NCBI GenBank assembly: GCA_043820925.1
Contig: JBDRDL010000005.1
Span: 1-11,630, forward strand
Length of the DNA: 11,630 bases
Source: Methanobacteriota archaeon
Lineage (GTDB): Archaea > Hydrothermarchaeota > Hydrothermarchaeia > Hydrothermarchaeales > JACRDW01
Reading direction: 5' to 3'
Within the stretch, counting starts at the first letter, position 1; each line of letters starts with the position of its first letter. A model generated the notes under the pieces. That model was not told the DNA's origin. It worked only from the letters and a program-made list of their open reading frames with translations, and ran no database searches. Below are positions 7,974 through 11,630 of this stretch, piece by piece. A program made the position numbers and the translations under genes.

Positions 7974-8264
7974 CTAACCCCTGCTTATAACTATCTTTTT
8001 GTCCTTTACCGTAAAATTGAGCTCGGTCCCTTCTCTTATTTTCAGCGCATCTGCGATTTCTTTGGGCAACCTAACTGCGATGCTGCCTCCAAGACTGAAG
8101 GCTTTTCTCTTGAATAGCTCAACCAGCCTATCATGCTCCCTTTCGTCGACCCACTCGTCTTTGCACTTCAGGCAGACTTCTACCTGCGCAAATACTCCTT
8201 TCGCTATTTCTTTCTTTTCTTTCACCAATTTGCTCTCGCAAAACGGACACTTCGTCATAATCAT
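7974..8264 (-). CDS. Putative antitoxin: N-terminal Zn finger (YgiT/MqsA-like) plus C-terminal AbrB/MazE/SpoVT DNA-binding domain
   Basis: CPFC...CLKC followed by GGSIAVRLPKEIADALKIREGTELNF; ATGA overlap with the upstream gene. Confidence 0.82.
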   Translation of the reverse strand: MIMTKCPFCESKLVKEKKEIAKGVFAQVEVCLKCKDEWVDEREHDRLVELFKRKAFSLGGSIAVRLPKEIADALKIREGTELNFTVKDKKIVISRG

Positions 8265-8500
8265 TCCTCAACTGTTATTATCCAGACTATTCCCTGTCTA
8301 ATTGTATAAACGAACCTTATTTTCGAATCTCCAATCCTGCCCTCAATAATGCCGATGTTTCCTTCCTTTTCGACTTTCTTGATGTGCCTCCCTGTCTTCA
8401 GGTAGTGCCTCACCTCCTGCGTATCCATCTGAAACCTTTCTCTCAGCATATCAGAGGCATGCTTCGTGTATTTGATCGGCAGGAGATGGAAGTCTTTCAT
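8261..8500 (-). CDS. DUF4258-like (RelE-fold) putative toxin
   Basis: 79 aa, basic; IKYTKHASDMLRER start and VYT...VWIITV end typical of DUF4258; coupled to the Zn-finger/AbrB gene. Confidence 0.72.
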   Translation of the reverse strand: MKDFHLLPIKYTKHASDMLRERFQMDTQEVRHYLKTGRHIKKVEKEGNIGIIEGRIGDSKIRFVYTIRQGIVWIITVEE

Positions 8501-8503
8501 TCT

Positions 8504-8541
8504 CTTTCAATACTGAATAGATACTGAAAGTATATATAATT
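8504..8541 (-). promoter_or_regulatory. TATA box and candidate operator of the TA pair
   Basis: TTATATATA on the - strand at about 8539-8531; CTTTCA/TGAAAG inverted repeat (8504-8509, 8525-8530); ATACTGAA direct repeat (8510-8517, 8521-8528). Confidence 0.55.
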
Positions 8542-8554
8542 AACGTCTTCAATT

Positions 8555-8675
8555 TGAATGAGTTCCAGCAGCCCTCATCTTTGCTGAAGGAGCTGCCCCT
8601 TTGCCTGTCAACGATAAACCCTGCCTTAGAAAGAGCCTTGATAACTTCCCCCACACTAGCCCGTGGCAACTTCAA
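8555..8675 (-). pseudogene. hicA: hicA toxin remnant
   Basis: MKLPRASVGEVIKALSKAGFIVDRQRGS matches a HicA N-terminus, but similarity breaks exactly before the catalytic His of GSH. Left coordinate approximate. Confidence 0.75.
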
Positions 8676-8734
8676 ACTACTACCTCTGCAGCTTCTCCTT
8701 TTACCTTGGCGCCGTGCTCAAGAGGCTCGAGATA
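8672..8734 (-). pseudogene. hicB: hicB antitoxin C-terminal remnant
   Basis: YLEPLEHGAKVKGEAAEVVV* whose TGA overlaps the hicA TTG (TTGA); no start codon or N-terminal part upstream. Confidence 0.5.
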
Positions 8735-8925
8735 TGTGTGTTTTTATTTATATTAATAGTAAGGGCGTGGTGCTGGAGGCAAAATACGGGAAAACTCACA
8801 AAAGTGTATATATCTTGCAATGACAATTGACAAATAGGTGCCCAAATTTACTGGGGGCGTGGGCGACTTTGATGAAGACTAGGAGCGGAATGAAGTGTTG
8901 AATAATTATTCACCCGGTGATTAAT

Positions 8926-9219
8926 GTGACCAAATTAAGAGAAATCTGGAGAGAGTACGGGGGTTCTATGCTAATTGGCGGGTTATGGGGATTAGCGACG
9001 TTGGAGTCATTCTTTTTGAATATATGGTTAAATTTCGAACCAGGATTACTTATAAAGATTATTACACTTCCAGGATATATAGCCCACAAAATACCCTTCT
9101 ATAAATTGCCCATATTACCCGATACTTTGGGTGGGATACTTAGTATATTGATACCTGTCATCACAGGGGTTATCATAGGAGCATTAATACATAAAATAAA
9201 TAAAGAGGTTTTTAAATGA
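8926..9219 (+). CDS. Small hypothetical membrane protein (2-3 TM)
   Basis: Hydrophobic, Gly-rich segments; GGTGA at 8916-8920 favours GTG 8926 over GTG 8917. Confidence 0.65.
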   Translation: MTKLREIWREYGGSMLIGGLWGLATLESFFLNIWLNFEPGLLIKIITLPGYIAHKIPFYKLPILPDTLGGILSILIPVITGVIIGALIHKINKEVFK

Positions 9220-9322
9220 AGTTGACTAAATGCGGGGAAATTATTTACTAAAATAACCCTAATGGATGCCCCTCTCTAGGGTAGAGCGGCTGGGGCTTTT
9301 AAGTAGGGCGGTGTTTTGAGGC

Positions 9323-10012
9323 TTGATCGAAACTGAGGGTCTAAGAAAATTTGACGAGAATTTTAAAGAAGATTTTGAGATTCTAGAGTCATTAACGAAT
9401 AATCTTCATAGTTATGAAGTGGATAAATTATAGGAAGAAGTAAAAAATCTAATTTTTAGATTGGATGAAGACTTAGCTGAATCTAAAAATCTAATTAAAA
9501 AATTACAAAATATAGCACTCAAGAACATGGGAGCAAGAATTGAAAGTTTAGAATTCCTTAAACGATTATGTAAATGGATAATTCCAGAAGATGTTAGGAA
9601 TAAGAATAATGAACTTGATATCAGGGTTTTAGAACTTGAAAGTTTAAATGATTTTCAGATAGATGTGTGGAAATTTCTATTACTCGAAATCGATTCTTTT
9701 AAAAAAGGGATTAAGGAAGAATTTAGTAAATTAAAAACATATAATCTAATAACTAAAATTTTTAAGTGGTTATTGCCATTATTTCTCTTTTTGATTGGTT
9801 CCTTAACAATTCCACCACCTTATGGAGTTATAATTGGGCTTATCCTAGCAATTCTTGAACATTTTTTTGTAGAACCAAAATTCAAATCCTATCTGAAAAT
9901 AAAGTTTTTATCCCTATATTTACAAATACTTCATAAAAGAATAGGAATATCTTTATTAAACTCAATGTTGATAGATATCAATCCAATCCTAGAAAAAACA
10001 CTAATTCAATAA
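9323..10012 (+). pseudogene. AT-rich helical/membrane protein gene interrupted by an in-frame TAG at 9431-9433 (tracked ORF 9461-10012 is the distal part)
   Basis: TTG 9323 opens MIETEGLRKFDENFKEDFEILESLTNNLHSYEVDKL*EEVKNLIFRLDEDLAESK...; two TM segments near the C-terminus. Confidence 0.5.
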
Positions 10013-10079
10013 GAAAAGCATTTATATCAAGCCAAAATCGGATGACCCACTTTTCAAAGCGGCGCGGCTGGAGGGCCCT

Positions 10080-10093
10080 GAAAGGTTTATATT
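10080..10093 (+). promoter_or_regulatory. BRE-TATA promoter for a near-leaderless transcript of ORF 10119
   Basis: GAAAGG-TTTATATT ending 25 nt before ATG 10119; no RBS in front of that ATG. Confidence 0.6.
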
Positions 10094-10118
10094 GCAGCCT
10101 TTTTTAGTGTAAGTAAAA

Positions 10119-10370
10119 ATGGCAATAAAATTTAACGAAAAACTGGTCCAGCCGGATGGAATGGGAGGACATAAACTGAGAATCTGGCACAGGAAAGGGA
10201 ATAAGAGGACGTGTCCCAGGTATCTTGTAAAATGCGGGGATTGCGACAACAGCATTGAAATCTACTATGATGATAGGTTCCTGGAGATAGGCGGGGTGCA
10301 TGCGAGCTTGGAGGAATGGCGCAAGATACTGTTGCCCCTCCTCAAAAAACATAACTCAAGAAGAGCTTGA
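10119..10370 (+). CDS. Hypothetical protein with CxxC motif
   Basis: 83-aa ORF, PRYLVKCGDCDNSIEIYY...LEIGGV...WRKILLPLL; appropriately placed promoter. Confidence 0.7.
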   Translation: MAIKFNEKLVQPDGMGGHKLRIWHRKGNKRTCPRYLVKCGDCDNSIEIYYDDRFLEIGGVHASLEEWRKILLPLLKKHNSRRA

Positions 10371-10394
10371 GTATGTTCTAGGGGATAGTATTCT

Positions 10395-10631
10395 ATGAAG
10401 AGGAATTGTTCTGTTTGCGGAGCGGAACTCGATATTAGGGTTGCTAAGGATGGGAGCTATAGCGGGGGACATTATTTCGGAGAGGTAAAGGTTCCAGTTG
10501 AAGGCGCAAAAGAGATCGAACTTTACGAGACAGAAATCGACGGGTTAGGAAAAGTAACGGTTGTTGAACACGACAAATACGATAAGTTCGAGTATTGGGA
10601 GTGCGATAGGTGCTTCCACGAAGGAGAATAG
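10395..10631 (+). CDS. Hypothetical acidic zinc-binding protein (terminal CxxC pairs)
   Basis: CSVCG at the N-terminus, GGHYFG, YWECDRC at the C-terminus; AGGGGA RBS-like site upstream. Confidence 0.7.
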   Translation: MKRNCSVCGAELDIRVAKDGSYSGGHYFGEVKVPVEGAKEIELYETEIDGLGKVTVVEHDKYDKFEYWECDRCFHEGE

Positions 10632-10950
10632 AACTTCTTTATGCGGGATGCCCTATCCCCCTCGACCTAAAGAAGAGAGGTGAGCCACAAAGTTCCGAAT
10701 CTTTAAAGCGGGTGGCGTGACCGGAACTAGCTATATTTTCTAACATTAACTCTGACTCTATTCAACTCGACCATAAAAAATCCTGCTGGGCGAGCTTTGT
10801 GAAGCCTCGGGCGGGGTATGAGCAAAAGGTCTGAAGCCCTTTTCGCAAAAATAGTTGTAACTCCTCTTTTTCAGGTTTACTTTTACTTTCACTCTGCGCA
10901 TCCGTGAAGCAATTATACTCTCCTTTTCCAACCTCGTCTCGGTGAAAAAT

Positions 10951-11142
10951 ATGCATGAAAAGAGCAGCGACTTTGTATCTATTAAAGATTTCGGTAGCGC
11001 AGGAAAACTAATCTCGCAGATAAAGAAGCTCTGGAAGGACAGGGGTTTTCGAAAAGCAGTCGAGCAGAAAATTCGTGGCTCAGCGTTTGAGAAAGCTGAA
11101 GCCCTGCTCATTAAGCAACTCGCAGCGGAGGAAGGGAAATGA
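10951..11142 (+). CDS. Hypothetical small basic protein
   Basis: GGTGA at 10941-10945 then ATG 10951; ATGA overlap with the next gene. Confidence 0.55.
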   Translation: MHEKSSDFVSIKDFGSAGKLISQIKKLWKDRGFRKAVEQKIRGSAFEKAEALLIKQLAAEEGK

Positions 11143-11444
11143 ATCCAAAGTTCAGGAAAATCGAGGCAGTAGGAAGAACGTCTCGCTACCTCGCTGCTTG
11201 GAAATACGCAAACGGCGAGAGCTACGCCAGCGGGGTTGAAATTACCACAGGCTCGGACGGTTCTTTCAGCGAACTTGTTCTGAAAGACGCATTCAGCACA
11301 CCCGTGAGGCTCACAAAGACAGACCTACGAATCGTAGCGGAGCTGCTCAGGCAGGGAATAATCGCAAAGGAAGAGGTTGGATTACAACCAGTCGGTCAAG
11401 AGCGACCGAGCAACGAGCACAGCGAGTTGCGAGGGAGGGATTGA
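11139..11444 (+). CDS. Hypothetical protein
   Basis: 101-aa ORF with purine-rich RBS (GGAGGAAGGG), tightly coupled to both neighbours. Confidence 0.6.
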   Translation: MNPKFRKIEAVGRTSRYLAAWKYANGESYASGVEITTGSDGSFSELVLKDAFSTPVRLTKTDLRIVAELLRQGIIAKEEVGLQPVGQERPSNEHSELRGRD

Positions 11445-11445
11445 A

Positions 11446-11630
11446 ATGAATAAATTTTTAGTTGCAATTCTTGTTTTAGGGCTTCTGGGATTTTTTTCTG
11501 CACCGGTTCTCGCAGGCGAGCAGGCAGCGTGGTGGGACGGCAACTACCTGCACAGAAAGCAGATTACAATTACGAACAACGCTGGTTCTACTTTGGAATC
11601 TGGGTATACAGTAAACTTTACATTAGACCA
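11446..11630 (+). CDS. Secreted/surface protein, DUF2341-like N-terminus; runs off the window (not in the ORF track)
   Basis: MNKFLVAILVLGLLGFFSAPVLA signal peptide, then AWWDGNYLHRKQITITNN...GYTVNFTLD, resembling the WW-x3-W/Y-x-YR-x2-I-x-I start of DUF2341/LamG-associated proteins; GGGAGG RBS. Confidence 0.7.
   Translation, partial: MNKFLVAILVLGLLGFFSAPVLAGEQAAWWDGNYLHRKQITITNNAGSTLESGYTVNFTLD

Noticed and set aside
8451..8675. Intact 74-aa HicA as given in the ORF track
   Set aside because: It lacks the GSH histidine and the second half, and reads through the promoter and start of the DUF4258 gene.
8868..8912. Box C/D sRNA starting at TTGATGA
   Set aside because: No terminal CTGA D box at a suitable distance; internal boxes are poor.
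1..11630. Genome-wide TAG reassignment
   Set aside because: gltX, arvA, the nucleotidyltransferase and the AbrB gene all end on TAG at the expected C-termini, so TAG works as a stop.
1..11630. CRISPR array or transposase
   Set aside because: No regularly spaced repeats and no DDE/HUH/recombinase motifs in any ORF.

Overview
Archaeal (euryarchaeal-type) chromosomal segment, judged from GGTGA ribosome-binding sites, BRE/TATA promoters, an archaeal-type GluRS and an oap/arv operon. The left two thirds (1-7856) is mostly core: a 5'-truncated UbiA-family prenyltransferase, a wHTH/FilR1-type (DUF1724) regulator, two membrane hypotheticals, gltX, nadE, and the oapABC/arvABC small-GTPase operon followed by a nucleotidyltransferase-cupin fusion. 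That operon has two oddities. A 168-bp palindrome-bearing insert with a 52-codon ORF sits between arvA and arvB, flanked by a duplicated 19-bp stop/RBS/start cassette. In addition, arvC has no ATG/GTG/TTG in front of its N-terminal zinc knuckle. The right third (about 7860-11630) is accessory: an intact DUF4258 / Zn-finger-AbrB toxin-antitoxin-like pair, a decayed hicB-hicA pair, AT-rich membrane-protein genes (one split by an in-frame TAG), small Cys-motif proteins and the start of a secreted DUF2341-like protein. Family calls come from motif recognition by eye, not from database searches.
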